A DNA stretch of 64,000 nucleotides from positions 2,432,001 to 2,496,000 of the forward strand of contig OZ243956.1 of the NCBI GenBank assembly GCA_965214405.1. The letters run 5' to 3'. The number at the start of each line of letters is the position of its first letter. The stretch's first letter is position 1. Of this stretch, positions 39,338 through 52,497 are shown piece by piece. Below the pieces are notes generated by a model, which saw only the letters and a program-made list of their open reading frames with translations, made no database searches and was not told the DNA's origin. The stretch comes from Trueperaceae bacterium. Lineage in GTDB: Bacteria; Deinococcota; Deinococci; Deinococcales; Trueperaceae. The translations under genes were made by a program, and so were the position numbers.

Positions 39338-40723
39338 TTAGATGTGGATGGCCCGACCTTCCACAGCCAGAGCCGCCTCTTTCACCGCTTCAGCGAGGGT
39401 TGGGTGGGCGTGGCTCGAGCGCGCAATATCTTCCGAACTCGCGCCGAACTCCACCGCCACCGCCGCCTCGGCGATGAGATCGCCCGCCCTTGCGCCAATA
39501 ATGTGAATGCCCAAAACCCGGTCGGTCTCGGCGTCGGCCAAAACCTTGACCTTGCCCTCGGGATGCCCAAGCGACTTCGCGCGCCCGTTGGCCTGAAACG
39601 GAAACACGCCCTTCTTAAACGCCACGCCCTCGGCCTCGAGTTCTTCTTCGGTCTTGCCCACCGAGGCAATCTCCGGCTCCGTATAGGCGACCGCCGGAAT
39701 CGCGCCGTAGTTCACATGAACGTAGCCGCCCGCGACGCCCTCAACGCAGGCGATACCTTCCTCTTCACCCTTGTGCGCGAGCATGGGACCGCGAATCACG
39801 TCGCCGATGGCGTAAATCCCGTCCACCGCCGTTTTGAAGCGGTCATCTACGGGGACGCGGCCACGCTCGTCAAGCTCGAGCCCGACAGACTCCAACCCCA
39901 GCCCGTCCGTGTTCGGCTTGCGCCCCACCGCCACCAGCACCCGGTCGCAGGTGATGGGCTCCTGGCCCTCCACCTCGACGGTACACACGTTGCCCTCGGC
40001 CTTGGCAGAGGTGACTTTGGCTCCTAAGCGGAACTCGAGCCCCTGCTTCTTGAAAATCTTGAGCGCTTCCTTGGCGATTTCCGCGTCCATCCCCGGCAAG
40101 ATGCGGTCGAGATATTCCAAGACCGTCACTTTCGCGCCCAGCCGCTTCCAGACCGAGCCGAGTTCCAAACCGATATAGCCCGCGCCGATGACCACCAAGT
40201 GCTCCGGCACCTCGCCATAGTCAAGCGCCTCGGTCGAGGTGCCGACACGGTCGCCGTCGAGTTCCACCCCCGGCAACGACGCCACCTTGGAACCCGTGGC
40301 GATGATGATGTTCTCAGCGGTAAGTTCGGTGTCGCCGTCCTCACCGTGGACCGTCACACGGCCCTCTCCCGTGATTTCCCCCACGCCCTGATAGCGCGTG
40401 ATTTTGTTCTTCTTAAAAAGGAACGCCACGCCGTCGGTGAGGCTTTTGACCACTTTGTCTTTGCGCCCGAGCATCTTACCAAGGTCAAGCGTGACGCCCT
40501 CGACCCCGATGCCGTGCTCCTTGAATGATTCCTGCACCTCGTAAAACCGCTCGCTCGACTCTAACAGCGCCTTGCTGGGGATGCAGCCGACCCGCAAGCA
40601 GGTGCCGCCCAACTGGTCGTTTTTGTCAATCGAGGCGACGTTCATCCCGAGCTGCGCCGCGCGGATCGCCGCGACGTAGCCGCCGGGACCCGCGCCGATA
40701 ACGATGAGGTCGTGTTTAGCCAT
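39338..40723 (-). CDS. lpdA: Dihydrolipoyl dehydrogenase (E3)
   Basis: 'GAGPGGYVAAIRAAQLG', 'GGTCLRVGCIPSK', 'HAHPTLAE'. Confidence 0.97.
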   Translation of the reverse strand: MAKHDLIVIGAGPGGYVAAIRAAQLGMNVASIDKNDQLGGTCLRVGCIPSKALLESSERFYEVQESFKEHGIGVEGVTLDLGKMLGRKDKVVKSLTDGVAFLFKKNKITRYQGVGEITGEGRVTVHGEDGDTELTAENIIIATGSKVASLPGVELDGDRVGTSTEALDYGEVPEHLVVIGAGYIGLELGSVWKRLGAKVTVLEYLDRILPGMDAEIAKEALKIFKKQGLEFRLGAKVTSAKAEGNVCTVEVEGQEPITCDRVLVAVGRKPNTDGLGLESVGLELDERGRVPVDDRFKTAVDGIYAIGDVIRGPMLAHKGEEEGIACVEGVAGGYVHVNYGAIPAVAYTEPEIASVGKTEEELEAEGVAFKKGVFPFQANGRAKSLGHPEGKVKVLADAETDRVLGIHIIGARAGDLIAEAAVAVEFGASSEDIARSSHAHPTLAEAVKEAALAVEGRAIHI

Positions 40724-40894
40724 TTTGACTCCTAACTGCTCTGAAACCACGCTTAAGTCCGCTCGAGGCGGACATCATCTTTCAAACGTTGTTCTGGACG
40801 GTTCTTCAAAAGCGAATCCCGCTCGATTGGGATGTTACCTTCTATAAATTTTATAACGCCCGCGCCTTTGCAGATGTCAAGCCCCCTGCAAAGA

Positions 40895-42121
40895 CAGGCT
40901 TTTATCATCACACCTCTCCTAAGAGAGCGAGGAGCAAATGGGGCTGCGCACTGCACCGCCTGGCCTGGCGCAAGACCTGCTCAGGGCCGTTGAGATGAAA
41001 CAGACTTAAGATAAGGTTGCGCAAAGCGGCGAAGGCTTGTGCCGCTTTACGCGTGCGGCAGGCATCCTCGCGCCAGACGGTGTCACGTTTATGATGAGAG
41101 CGGTTTTCAATTTCCCAGTGACCCCGCCAGTGAGTGTAAAGCACCTCGGCTGAAGCGCAGCAACTCGTGATGGCGTACTCGGTTTCTTGAAACCGGATTT
41201 CTCCGGTGTCCTTACGCACCACGGTGCGTTTGCAACGGAGGAACTGTTTGACTCCAGGAAAGGCGTTGGTCACTTCGGCTGTAGCGGAGCGCGTTTCAAG
41301 CTCGCGTATCCACAGTTCGCCACTTCTTACTTCGTCGGTTTCAAAAGTTGTATCCGCTTTACAACGCTCTAGGCTAAAGGTCCACTCGGCGTAGCTTTTG
41401 ACCTCGGTCAGATTGTCTTTAAGGTCAAGTAGATACACCCCGTTCTTTGCCAGTACGGCTTCTACCAAAGGTTTTTCAGCAAAGGCGGCGTCGCCCGTAA
41501 ACAGCCAGGGTATTCCCTCCAGCCCTTCAAGCCGGGCCAGTAGCTTGTTTCCTGCTACCGCTTCGTCTCCTTTTACCCGCCCTTGCAGCAGCGTCAGACC
41601 CAACTTATGTACAAAGCATGACAGCAGATGCACCGCTCTATCCCCGCGGCGACTGCGTTTACTCCCCCTTACCTGTTTGCCGTCCATGCTGACACGCACC
41701 ATCTCACCGGGCGGGTGCCGTTCCTTAAGAACGTCGGCGGCCCACCAATGTAGTGCACGCTCTAAACCTTCGATACCCGCCTCCAGCATCCAGAAGAAAC
41801 GGTAAACTGTCGCTTGCGAAGGAAGTCGCTGGCGTCCCTGCCGATCCCTAAAGCCCAACGCGAACAAGTCCTCCTGATGGTCATGAATCCACCCGCTCAC
41901 CGCCAGCACGTTCTCTGACCTAGCCCCAACGGCCATAAGCACGAGCTTTACAAGCATCTCGAAGCTGTAGTCGCACCGCTCCTCCAGCCGTTTATCCAGC
42001 GTCTTTACCACATAGAACAAGGGGCTTGGTATCTTCTCTTGATGCGCAGTCGTGGTTGGTCCCATAACTGCGCATCGTTCTCTTTATCTTTGGGTTCGTC
42101 AACCCTGGTGATAAAAGCCTG
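40895..42121 (-). mobile_element. ISAs1-family insertion sequence, 1227 bp
   Basis: 13-bp TIRs CAGGCTTTTATCA / TGATAAAAGCCTG; 9-bp target duplication CTGCAAAGA (40886-94, 42122-30). Confidence 0.92.
40908..42065 (-). CDS. ISAs1-family transposase
   Basis: 'DGKQVRGS', 'TGDA', 'LKDN', 'RGHWEIENRSHHKRDTVWRED'. Confidence 0.92.
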   Translation of the reverse strand: MGPTTTAHQEKIPSPLFYVVKTLDKRLEERCDYSFEMLVKLVLMAVGARSENVLAVSGWIHDHQEDLFALGFRDRQGRQRLPSQATVYRFFWMLEAGIEGLERALHWWAADVLKERHPPGEMVRVSMDGKQVRGSKRSRRGDRAVHLLSCFVHKLGLTLLQGRVKGDEAVAGNKLLARLEGLEGIPWLFTGDAAFAEKPLVEAVLAKNGVYLLDLKDNLTEVKSYAEWTFSLERCKADTTFETDEVRSGELWIRELETRSATAEVTNAFPGVKQFLRCKRTVVRKDTGEIRFQETEYAITSCCASAEVLYTHWRGHWEIENRSHHKRDTVWREDACRTRKAAQAFAALRNLILSLFHLNGPEQVLRQARRCSAQPHLLLALLGEV

Positions 42122-42234
42122 CTGCAAAGACAATAGCGGAGTATCCTTTGAGACAAACCACCAGCCTACTTTTCTGTAAGTGTCAGCGTTAGTGCGTTTA
42201 TACTGGCTCGGGGCAAACGTCAAGGAGAAAAGCC

Positions 42235-42636
42235 ATGCTCAAAGAGTTCCGCGATTTCATCAACCGAGGCAACGTTTTGGACCTGGCCGTCGCCGTGATT
42301 ATCGGCGCGGCCTTTGGCGCGATTACCACGTCTTTGGTGGACGACGTGATTACCCCTATTATCGGCTTGATTTTGGGCGGGGTTGACTTTTCCGGGCTCT
42401 CGTTCGGTTTGGGCGACGCGCAAATCATGTACGGCAACTTCCTTCAGGCGGTGTTTGACTTTCTCATTATCTCGCTGGTCGTCTTTTTTATCGTGCGCGG
42501 CTACAACCGGATGCAGGAGCGCTTTACCCACCAGGAAGCCGAAAGAGACGCAGAAGAACCCACGCCCTCGCGCGAGGCGGTGCTGCTCGAGGAAATCCGC
42601 AACCTGCTGAGCGAGCAGCGCCAACGACCTGGCTGA
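42235..42636 (+). CDS. mscL: Large-conductance mechanosensitive channel
   Basis: 'FRDFINRGNVLDLAVAVIIGAAF', 'LLEEIRNLL'. Confidence 0.97.
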   Translation: MLKEFRDFINRGNVLDLAVAVIIGAAFGAITTSLVDDVITPIIGLILGGVDFSGLSFGLGDAQIMYGNFLQAVFDFLIISLVVFFIVRGYNRMQERFTHQEAERDAEEPTPSREAVLLEEIRNLLSEQRQRPG

Positions 42637-42793
42637 GACTTGATAGATTGTGCGAAATTGCAATTATAGCGGTTTCATACAACACAATTAATGCGTGGTA
42701 AGTGCTTTCTAGTGTACCTCGCCCTCCACTAGCAATGTAACGTCTGTTGAATTATCCGCAAGGTGAACGCCGAACGAACTTTATCCTTGTCTG

Positions 42794-44014
42794 ATGACAT
42801 ACCTACCTTACCTTCAAAAACATATTGCTAAAGCTGCCATTCTCGCGCTTTGCTTAACTATCACTTCCGCGCAAGCTCACCCCCTAGACCTCGTCAACGC
42901 TTCGGATGCAGACCGTTACCAGTCCGTCTGGTCACAGGCGAGCGTCAGCGACGTTCAAGCGTGGCTCAACAGTGATGTTGAGATAAATGCACGGGACATG
43001 GCTGGACAAACCGCTCTGATGTGGGCTGCTATATTCAACAATGATCCCAGAGTTGTCTCTGCGCTTCTTGATGCCGGAGCCGAGGTAGATGCTCGCCTCG
43101 CAAATGGGTGGACAGTTCTGATACTTGCTGCTCGAACCAACAGTAACCCCAACGTTACAAAAACGCTTCTCGAGGCTGGGGCTGACGTTAATGCCTATGG
43201 AGATGATGGGACGACGGCACTAATAAACGCTGCATCGAAAAACAGCAACCCCACCGTTGTCACTGCTCTTGCTGATGCTGGGGCTGACCTGAACGCCCGC
43301 CTCGTAACCGGGGCTACTCCTCTAATCATGGCTGCAATTAACAACGGCAATCCTGCGGTTACTGCTGCTCTTTTGGAGGCCGGAGCGGACATCAACGTTC
43401 AACTTCCGACAGGACAGACAGCTTTAATGAGCGCCGCTGGATTTGGCAACAACTCTGTAGTCACCACCTTTATCAACGCCGGAGCTGATGTGAGTATCCA
43501 TGATTCGCGGTTTGGGTGGACAGCATTGACGTATGCGGCTGCGTATAACGATGACCCTGACATCGTCAATAGTTTGATTGAAGCTGGAGCCGACGTAAAT
43601 GCACAAGATTCACTGGGGAAAACAGCGCTGAGGATTGCTGCCCAAACGAATGGTTTTGATGTTGTTAATGCCCTGCTAGCTGCTGGAGCCACGGTGGACA
43701 CGCAAGACGAAGTGGGGCATACGGCGTTAATGGCTGCTGTCTTGAACCCTGACCCTGATTCCGCTGTAATTAACGCCCTCATTAACGCTGGAGCCGACGT
43801 TAACATCCGAGCCGACCGTGATAAAACCGCCTTGATATACGCCGCTACGCTTGGCAATGTTGCTATCGTCACCGCGCTTTTAAAAGCTGGGGCCGATGTC
43901 AACGCTGAGGCGCTAGGCACAACAGCTTTAGAAGCAGCCGCGTGGGCGAAAAAATTTGATGTTGTTACGGTGCTTCTTGATGCGGGCGCTAACACTGGCT
44001 CAAAAGGCCCGTAG
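42794..44014 (+). CDS. Secreted ankyrin-repeat protein
   Basis: About ten 'G.TAL..AA....V..LL.AGADVN' repeats; N-terminal signal peptide; lower GC. Confidence 0.92.
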   Translation: MTYLPYLQKHIAKAAILALCLTITSAQAHPLDLVNASDADRYQSVWSQASVSDVQAWLNSDVEINARDMAGQTALMWAAIFNNDPRVVSALLDAGAEVDARLANGWTVLILAARTNSNPNVTKTLLEAGADVNAYGDDGTTALINAASKNSNPTVVTALADAGADLNARLVTGATPLIMAAINNGNPAVTAALLEAGADINVQLPTGQTALMSAAGFGNNSVVTTFINAGADVSIHDSRFGWTALTYAAAYNDDPDIVNSLIEAGADVNAQDSLGKTALRIAAQTNGFDVVNALLAAGATVDTQDEVGHTALMAAVLNPDPDSAVINALINAGADVNIRADRDKTALIYAATLGNVAIVTALLKAGADVNAEALGTTALEAAAWAKKFDVVTVLLDAGANTGSKGP

Positions 44015-44145
44015 GATAAGAAGCTTTAGATTGCGCTAGAGAGAAAACTCGAGGGGCACAAACACCCACCAACGGCTGCTATATTCGACACGTTGATTGG
44101 GGGCAAGACGGGCTTAACCCCCAACCTCACAGGTGCCGGAAGAAC

Positions 44146-45492
44146 TCAGACCTCGAGCAGCATCCTCGCAGGCTTCTCTACGGCTTCTTTGATGCGCTTC
44201 AAAAACGTGACCGCCTCGCGCCCGTCCACGATGCGGTGGTCGTAGGTGAGGGCCACGTACATCATCGGGCGGATTTCAATCCCTCCGTCAATCACCACCG
44301 GGCGCTCCTGAATCGCGTGCATCCCCAAAACCCCCGACTGCGGCGGGTTGACGATGGGCGTGGACATCAGCGAACCGAACACGCCCCCGTTGGAGATGGT
44401 AAAGGTGCCGCCCTGCAACTCGTCGGGCATGATTTTATTCGTCTGCGCCCGCTTGCCGAAGTCGCGGATGGTCGCCTCGACGTCCGCAAAACTGAGGCGC
44501 TCGACGTTGCGCATGACTGGAGTGATGAGGCCCTTTTTGGTCGAGACCGCCACGGCGATGTCGTAATAGTTCTTGTAGATAATGTCGGTGCCGCGGATTT
44601 CGGCGTTGAGCTGCGGGATGCTTTTGAGCGCGTCCACGGTTGCTTTCACAAAAAACGACATGAAGCCCAGGCGGACGCCGTAACGCTCCTCGAACGCGCC
44701 CTTATACTCGTTGCGAAGCGCCATCGTCTCGGTCATGTCGATTTCATTAAAGGTGGTCAGCAGCGCGGCGTTCGCCTGCGCCTCAACCAGCCGCTCGGCA
44801 ATGCGGCGGCGAAGCGGGCTCATCGGCACCGCCTCTTCTTCGCGCTCGGCACCCCTAGGCGCGGGGGCCTCGCGCTTGGGCTCACCTTTGGGTGCCTCTT
44901 GCTTGGGCGTCTCTCTCTTGGGCGCTTCTTGTGCAGGAGCCTCCGCCGGTTTGGACTGAGCCTCGAGGTGCCGCTGCACGTCCTCTTTCAGCAAACGCCC
45001 GCCGGGACCCGTCGCTTTAACTTCATCCGGGGTCAAGCCGTTCTCGTCAAGCAACCGCTGCGCGGCGGGCATGATGCGCGGTTCGGTATGGGTCTGCGCT
45101 TCGCCTTCCGTCTCGACGCCCGCTTCGGCCTCTGCGTGCTCGTCGTCCACCGCGGTATGCGTTTCGGCGGCCTCGAGCTTCTCCTCTTGCTCCTCCTCTG
45201 CCGGAGCCTCTTCGGAAGCCTCTGCGGAAGTTTCCGCAGGCGTTTCCGCCTCACCCGCCGCGCTGATGTGCGCGATGACCTCGCCCACGTTGGCGGTGTC
45301 GCCCTCTTTTTTTAGCACCTTGGACAAGGTGCCCGCGGCGGAGGCGGGTACCTCCAACGTCGCCTTGTCGGTCTCGACCTCGACCAAGGGCTCGTCTTTT
45401 TCGACCGCGTCGCCCTCGGACTTGAGCCACTGGCCGATATAAACCTCGTTAATCGACTCGCCGACTTCGGGGACTTTGAGTTCAGTGGGCAT
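44146..45492 (-). CDS. sucB: 2-oxoglutarate dehydrogenase E2
   Basis: Lipoyl domain 'VETDKATLEV'; 'YDHRIVDG'. Confidence 0.96.
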   Translation of the reverse strand: MPTELKVPEVGESINEVYIGQWLKSEGDAVEKDEPLVEVETDKATLEVPASAAGTLSKVLKKEGDTANVGEVIAHISAAGEAETPAETSAEASEEAPAEEEQEEKLEAAETHTAVDDEHAEAEAGVETEGEAQTHTEPRIMPAAQRLLDENGLTPDEVKATGPGGRLLKEDVQRHLEAQSKPAEAPAQEAPKRETPKQEAPKGEPKREAPAPRGAEREEEAVPMSPLRRRIAERLVEAQANAALLTTFNEIDMTETMALRNEYKGAFEERYGVRLGFMSFFVKATVDALKSIPQLNAEIRGTDIIYKNYYDIAVAVSTKKGLITPVMRNVERLSFADVEATIRDFGKRAQTNKIMPDELQGGTFTISNGGVFGSLMSTPIVNPPQSGVLGMHAIQERPVVIDGGIEIRPMMYVALTYDHRIVDGREAVTFLKRIKEAVEKPARMLLEV

Positions 45493-45561
45493 GGGGGCTC
45501 CTAGATGAAGAGGAAAGAGGTGAGGGGAAAGAGGAAAGGCGAGCGACTGAGGACGTTACAT

Positions 45562-48384
<2,823 letters not shown>

Positions 48385-48638
48385 GAGTTTTCGACGCGGG
48401 CGCGTCTGAACATCCTTTCATACTGTCTTGCTCTCTCACTGATGAGGCCGGTGCGATACCAGCCGCGCTTTTTTCCATCTTAACAAGTGTCCGGCAAGAA
48501 GAGGTTACCCAGAAGCGCGGTTAAGAACACTCCTCCCCGTGAAGAATTTGACTAAAGGCGGCTACGGTCCAGCGGCACCCTCTCCCACCTCACAGTTTTC
48601 TTCCGCAGCGAACGAGTAGCCTTAGGCCACAGGAGGCC

Positions 48639-49226
48639 ATGATGGCAAAGGTTCAAAGACAGGTTTATCTCAGCTTCGACCCGGACGACATCGACGAGGT
48701 GGAGGCGTTTTTAGACGAATTCGACCATCTGGACGGTCACGCGCTGCGTCGGCCTTTGGAGGCGTTGGAGGAAGACATCGTCAAGGGTGCCAATAAGCAC
48801 GAAGTCATCCACAAGATGCGCGAACGCTACCTCAAAGATTCGGTGGTGACGCTCCTCCTTTTGGGTCCATGCACCTACACGCGCCAATCTGTCGATTTGG
48901 AGCTTCTGGCCTCCTTACACAACCCCGGCGACGCGATGGCGGACACGGGCGAGAGCCCCATGCCCAACGGTTTGTTAGCGGTGATGCTGCCGTCTTACAG
49001 CAGCCAAGGCTTCCCGGACCGCCTCAACGCCAACCTGCAAGTACCGAGGGAGACGCGCACCGAGCCCTACGCCAAGGTCATCGCTTATCCAGAAGATAAG
49101 GACGCGCTCGCCGAGGCCATAGAGGACGCCTACGCAGCGAGTGAGACCAAACGCGACCTGTTAAACAACACACCTCACATGTACAGCGAGGACCGGGCTT
49201 GTATTCCTAACGCGCCGGGTGAATGA
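48639..49226 (+). CDS. TIR-like domain protein (DUF1863/ThsB-like)
   Basis: 'RQVYLSF', 'RERYLKDSVVTLLLLGPCTYTRQSVDLEL', 'NGLLAV.LP', 'PDRL'. Confidence 0.75.
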   Translation: MMAKVQRQVYLSFDPDDIDEVEAFLDEFDHLDGHALRRPLEALEEDIVKGANKHEVIHKMRERYLKDSVVTLLLLGPCTYTRQSVDLELLASLHNPGDAMADTGESPMPNGLLAVMLPSYSSQGFPDRLNANLQVPRETRTEPYAKVIAYPEDKDALAEAIEDAYAASETKRDLLNNTPHMYSEDRACIPNAPGE

Positions 49227-49330
49227 GTTGTTACGGAGTAGGAGGGGGCTCGGACCTTTTATAACACCATAGGGACCCAAGAAATAGCGTTACGTTTTCC
49301 CAGAGCTTGCGCTAGAATAGCCCAATCACT

Positions 49331-49615
49331 ATGGATATCCGCTTCTATATTGACCCCGAAACCGGGTTGCCTCACATTTACAGGCATGACGTTCATGAGG
49401 AAGAGGTCGAGGATGTTCTCTATAGCGCTGGTGAAGACAGGCAAGGACATAACGACGCAAGGGTAGCCATAGGTCAGACATCTGCGGGTCGCTATCTGCG
49501 TGTTATCTATGTACCGGACCCCAAACCTAATAGTGTTTTTGTCATCACCGCATACCAAATCGAAGGTAAAACGCTGGCCGCTTACAAACGCCGCCGCAAG
49601 AAAGGAGGTAACTAA
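49331..49615 (+). CDS. BrnT/DUF4258-like toxin
   Basis: 'HDVHEEEVEDVL', 'GQTSAGRYLRVIY', 'VITAY'. Confidence 0.7.
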   Translation: MDIRFYIDPETGLPHIYRHDVHEEEVEDVLYSAGEDRQGHNDARVAIGQTSAGRYLRVIYVPDPKPNSVFVITAYQIEGKTLAAYKRRRKKGGN

Positions 49616-49812
49616 TGAAAAATGAACTTCCCGCGGGTTGGGACGAAGACAAAATAGAGCAGGTCATCGACCACTACGAAACGCAGAGCGAAGACGAAGC
49701 TGTAGCTGAGGATGAAACGATACTTGCTCCCAAAGAAACACTTATGCAAGTTCCTATCGAACTTGTGGGGGCTGTCCGGGCTTTGATTGCTAAGGAGCAG
49801 GCGAAGCACTAA
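49615..49812 (+). CDS. Putative cognate antitoxin
   Basis: TAATG coupling with the toxin; small acidic protein. Confidence 0.6.
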   Translation: MKNELPAGWDEDKIEQVIDHYETQSEDEAVAEDETILAPKETLMQVPIELVGAVRALIAKEQAKH

Positions 49813-49858
49813 GTCGAGAAAGGAGGGGTTTGAGCAGTACAACTGCGTTTAAGCCGCC

Positions 49859-50323
49859 ATGCCAGAACCTCTCATCCAATGCGCGTCCGTACTCATCACG
49901 AATAGTGAAAACCGCATCTTGTTCGTGCGGCAAAGCTACGGGATGAAGTTTTGTGGTTTTCCAGGCGGCACCGTTGACTTAGGCGAAACGCCTCCGGCGG
50001 CAGGCATCCGTGAAGTTTTAGAAGAAGTCGGGGTCGAGGTAGCCCTCGAGTATCAGCTAGGCGCTTACCTGCTCGTGGGCGGAGGCTGGCCCGATGTGTT
50101 CGCCTCTGTTTATAGAGGACGCATCATCAAAGGTGAACCGAAGGCCGATTTGGCAGAAATCTCAGACATCATGTGGCGTGGCTTGGATGATTTGCCTTCA
50201 CCCTTGTTACCTGACGCGGAAGCTGCCCTCGAGGATTTCGCAAAGGGTGAGCGGGGTGTGGTGCGTACATACAAGCGAACGGTGGCGATGCTCGAGTGGG
50301 GTAGCGACTGGCGGAGCGGCTAA
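49859..50323 (+). CDS. NUDIX hydrolase
   Basis: Nudix box 'GGTVDLGETPPAAGIREVLEEVG'. Confidence 0.9.
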   Translation: MPEPLIQCASVLITNSENRILFVRQSYGMKFCGFPGGTVDLGETPPAAGIREVLEEVGVEVALEYQLGAYLLVGGGWPDVFASVYRGRIIKGEPKADLAEISDIMWRGLDDLPSPLLPDAEAALEDFAKGERGVVRTYKRTVAMLEWGSDWRSG

Positions 50324-50380
50324 CCAGGAGCCGCTGGGATAGTATAATGGTAGTTAAACACGGGGCTAAGGAGGCTGAAG

Positions 50381-50860
50381 GTGCGAAGGGTTCTCGAGGC
50401 GAGCGCCGTTATCATCCTCGCCGCGCATCTACTTTACTTATGGACGTCATTCAACGCGCTACCCGCGACGGTCCCCACCCATTTCAATGCAGCAGGTGAG
50501 GCCGACGCCTTTGGCTCTAAAAACAGCATCTGGGAGTTGTGGTTTGTAAGCCTGGGTTTGTACGCGTTACTAACAGCCACCGTTTTCATCCCGCTAAAGT
50601 CGCGTTTATGGAACTTGCCCAGTGCGGTTAAAGAAGACGCAAGCGGAGAAAAGGCGCGCGCGGTTTGGGAGATGATAGCCGCTCTGAAAGTCTTGACCGT
50701 GCTGATTTTTCTCGCGCTGTCTTGGCAAGTGGTCAGGTCGGCGCAGGGTTTGGCCTCGGACTGGTTTGTGCCGCTTTTGTTGGTCGTGGGCGCCGTGGCT
50801 CCGCTCGTCATTCTTGGTGTTTACTTTGCCAGGATGACGCCCTCGGCAGTTTCGCAATGA
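50381..50860 (+). CDS. DUF1648 membrane protein (SdpI-like)
   Basis: 'LPATVPTHFNAAGEADAFGSK'; four TM segments. Confidence 0.8.
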   Translation: MRRVLEASAVIILAAHLLYLWTSFNALPATVPTHFNAAGEADAFGSKNSIWELWFVSLGLYALLTATVFIPLKSRLWNLPSAVKEDASGEKARAVWEMIAALKVLTVLIFLALSWQVVRSAQGLASDWFVPLLLVVGAVAPLVILGVYFARMTPSAVSQ

Positions 50861-51021
50861 TGGACGGCTCGAGCTTGACCAGATGCTGCAAGGACGCTGA
50901 ATCGTGCAGTTCAACATGCAGATAAGCGCGAACGTATTCCAAAATCGTACGTTCGACTTCTTCAGCACTTCCGACCTGGGCTCGCTAAACGCTTTCCCTT
51001 CATTTCGGCTAGAATGTAAGC

Positions 51022-51210
51022 ATGAAACAGAGATACGTCTATTGGCAAGATGAGGATATGTGGCTAGGCTACCTTGAAGACTATCCCGACTACTGGACGC
51101 AAGGCGAGAGCGAAAGGGAGTTGCGAGACAACCTCCTTGACATTTATAAAGACGTAAGCGAAGGCAACATCCCCAACGTTCGCCGCGTGGCCGAACTCGA
51201 CGTTGCGTGA
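51022..51210 (+). CDS. hicB: HicB-family antitoxin
   Basis: 'WLGYLEDYPDYWTQGES..EL..NL'. Confidence 0.85.
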   Translation: MKQRYVYWQDEDMWLGYLEDYPDYWTQGESERELRDNLLDIYKDVSEGNIPNVRRVAELDVA

Positions 51211-51386
51211 AGCAGCGCGACCTCGTTAAAAAACTCGAGGAGATGGGTTGCAACTTCATTCGTCATGGCGGCAGTCACGACTGGTATCAAAACCCGCGCA
51301 CGAAAGCGTCACAGCCTGTGCCTAGACACCGAGAAATCAAAGACCGGCTTGCCAAACACATCATCAAAATGCTCAGCGATGATTGA
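51207..51386 (+). CDS. hicA: HicA-family toxin (59 aa, not in the ORF track)
   Basis: MKQRDLVKKLEEMGCNFIRHGGSHDWYQNPRTKASQPVPRHREIK...; GTGA overlap with hicB. Confidence 0.88.
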   Translation: MKQRDLVKKLEEMGCNFIRHGGSHDWYQNPRTKASQPVPRHREIKDRLAKHIIKMLSDD

Positions 51387-51448
51387 CGCCTCGAGCAGCC
51401 TTTCCAGTCATCAAGGCTGACACTCACAAGACCTACGTATACTAAGCC

Positions 51449-51922
51449 ATGAATCAGGACTTACGCACCTTTTACAGCCTCACGCAGCGCACAAGAGCGA
51501 AAGTGCTCGACTGGCTCGAGGCCTTGCCACCCGACGTTTTTACACAGCAAAACGACGGCTTCGCTTACGGCAGTTTGAGCGCCATTCAAGCGCATGTGGC
51601 AGAAACGTATTTGTGGTGGGTCGGTACGGTGGGGCTCGGTGCTAAAGAGCCCGTGGTCAAAGTGAGTGATGTTCAAGCTCTGCGTGAGGCGTTCGCTGAG
51701 GTGGACGCTACTGTTTTGGAGGCACTGGACACCTTTACCGATATAGATGCTCCATTTGTCTGGACATCCTCTTCCGGTGAGGACATTGCGTTGTCTAAGC
51801 GCTGGTTAATCCTTCATCCGATAACCCACGAGTTCCATCACAAGGGGCAGGCTTTGGCGTTAGCGCGCGCGATGGGACATCCGCATCCCGGTCGTCCCGA
51901 TACAGATTTGGCCGACCCGTGA
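51449..51922 (+). CDS. DinB-family protein
   Basis: 'HVAETYLWW', 'HPITHEFHHKGQ'. Confidence 0.85.
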   Translation: MNQDLRTFYSLTQRTRAKVLDWLEALPPDVFTQQNDGFAYGSLSAIQAHVAETYLWWVGTVGLGAKEPVVKVSDVQALREAFAEVDATVLEALDTFTDIDAPFVWTSSSGEDIALSKRWLILHPITHEFHHKGQALALARAMGHPHPGRPDTDLADP

Positions 51923-51992
51923 ATTGTGGCGTGACAGGTTGATGGTCTCGAGCCTACACCGTTAAGTTGCAGCCAACTTCCGTTTGGAGTTT

Positions 51993-52448
51993 ATGGTCGA
52001 ATGTTTAAGCTGTAAAATTGTGCAAGGTCAGCAAGATACTGTCGGAGGTATTATTGCCGAAACCACCTTTTTTCATGCTCATCAAGATTTCGCCTACCCT
52101 GTACCAGGGCTTGTCATCGTCGCGTCTAAAAGGCATGTCAAGTGCTTAGACGAACTCACCGAAGAAGAAGCCGAGGATTTCATCCATTTTACTGTGCGAA
52201 TACGAAAAGCTCAGCGAGACGTTCTTGACGCCGAGCATGTGTACTACTTTTACAACGAAGACACGCGCCATCACTTTCACCTGTGGATGGTCCCGCGTTA
52301 TGAATGGATGGGGCAGTTTGGGCGTTCGGTTCACTCGCTTCGTCCTGCTCTGGTTCACGCCAGAGATACCATGAACTCACCAGAAGAGCTAGCTCAGCTT
52401 GCAGATGTTGCCAAAGCTCTTAATAGGTTGCTCGAGCAACCTGACTAA
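51993..52448 (+). CDS. HIT-family hydrolase
   Basis: 'CLSCKI'; 'HHFHLWMVPR'. Confidence 0.8.
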   Translation: MVECLSCKIVQGQQDTVGGIIAETTFFHAHQDFAYPVPGLVIVASKRHVKCLDELTEEEAEDFIHFTVRIRKAQRDVLDAEHVYYFYNEDTRHHFHLWMVPRYEWMGQFGRSVHSLRPALVHARDTMNSPEELAQLADVAKALNRLLEQPD

Positions 52449-52497
52449 GTGCGCAAGAATGCTAAGTCGTTTTGCTAAACTTTAGAAAGGATCGGAA

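Noticed and set aside
44236..45315. Long antisense ORFs (also 55567-56739, 27183-27905, 39344-40027)
   Set aside because: Shadow frames of well-supported high-GC genes
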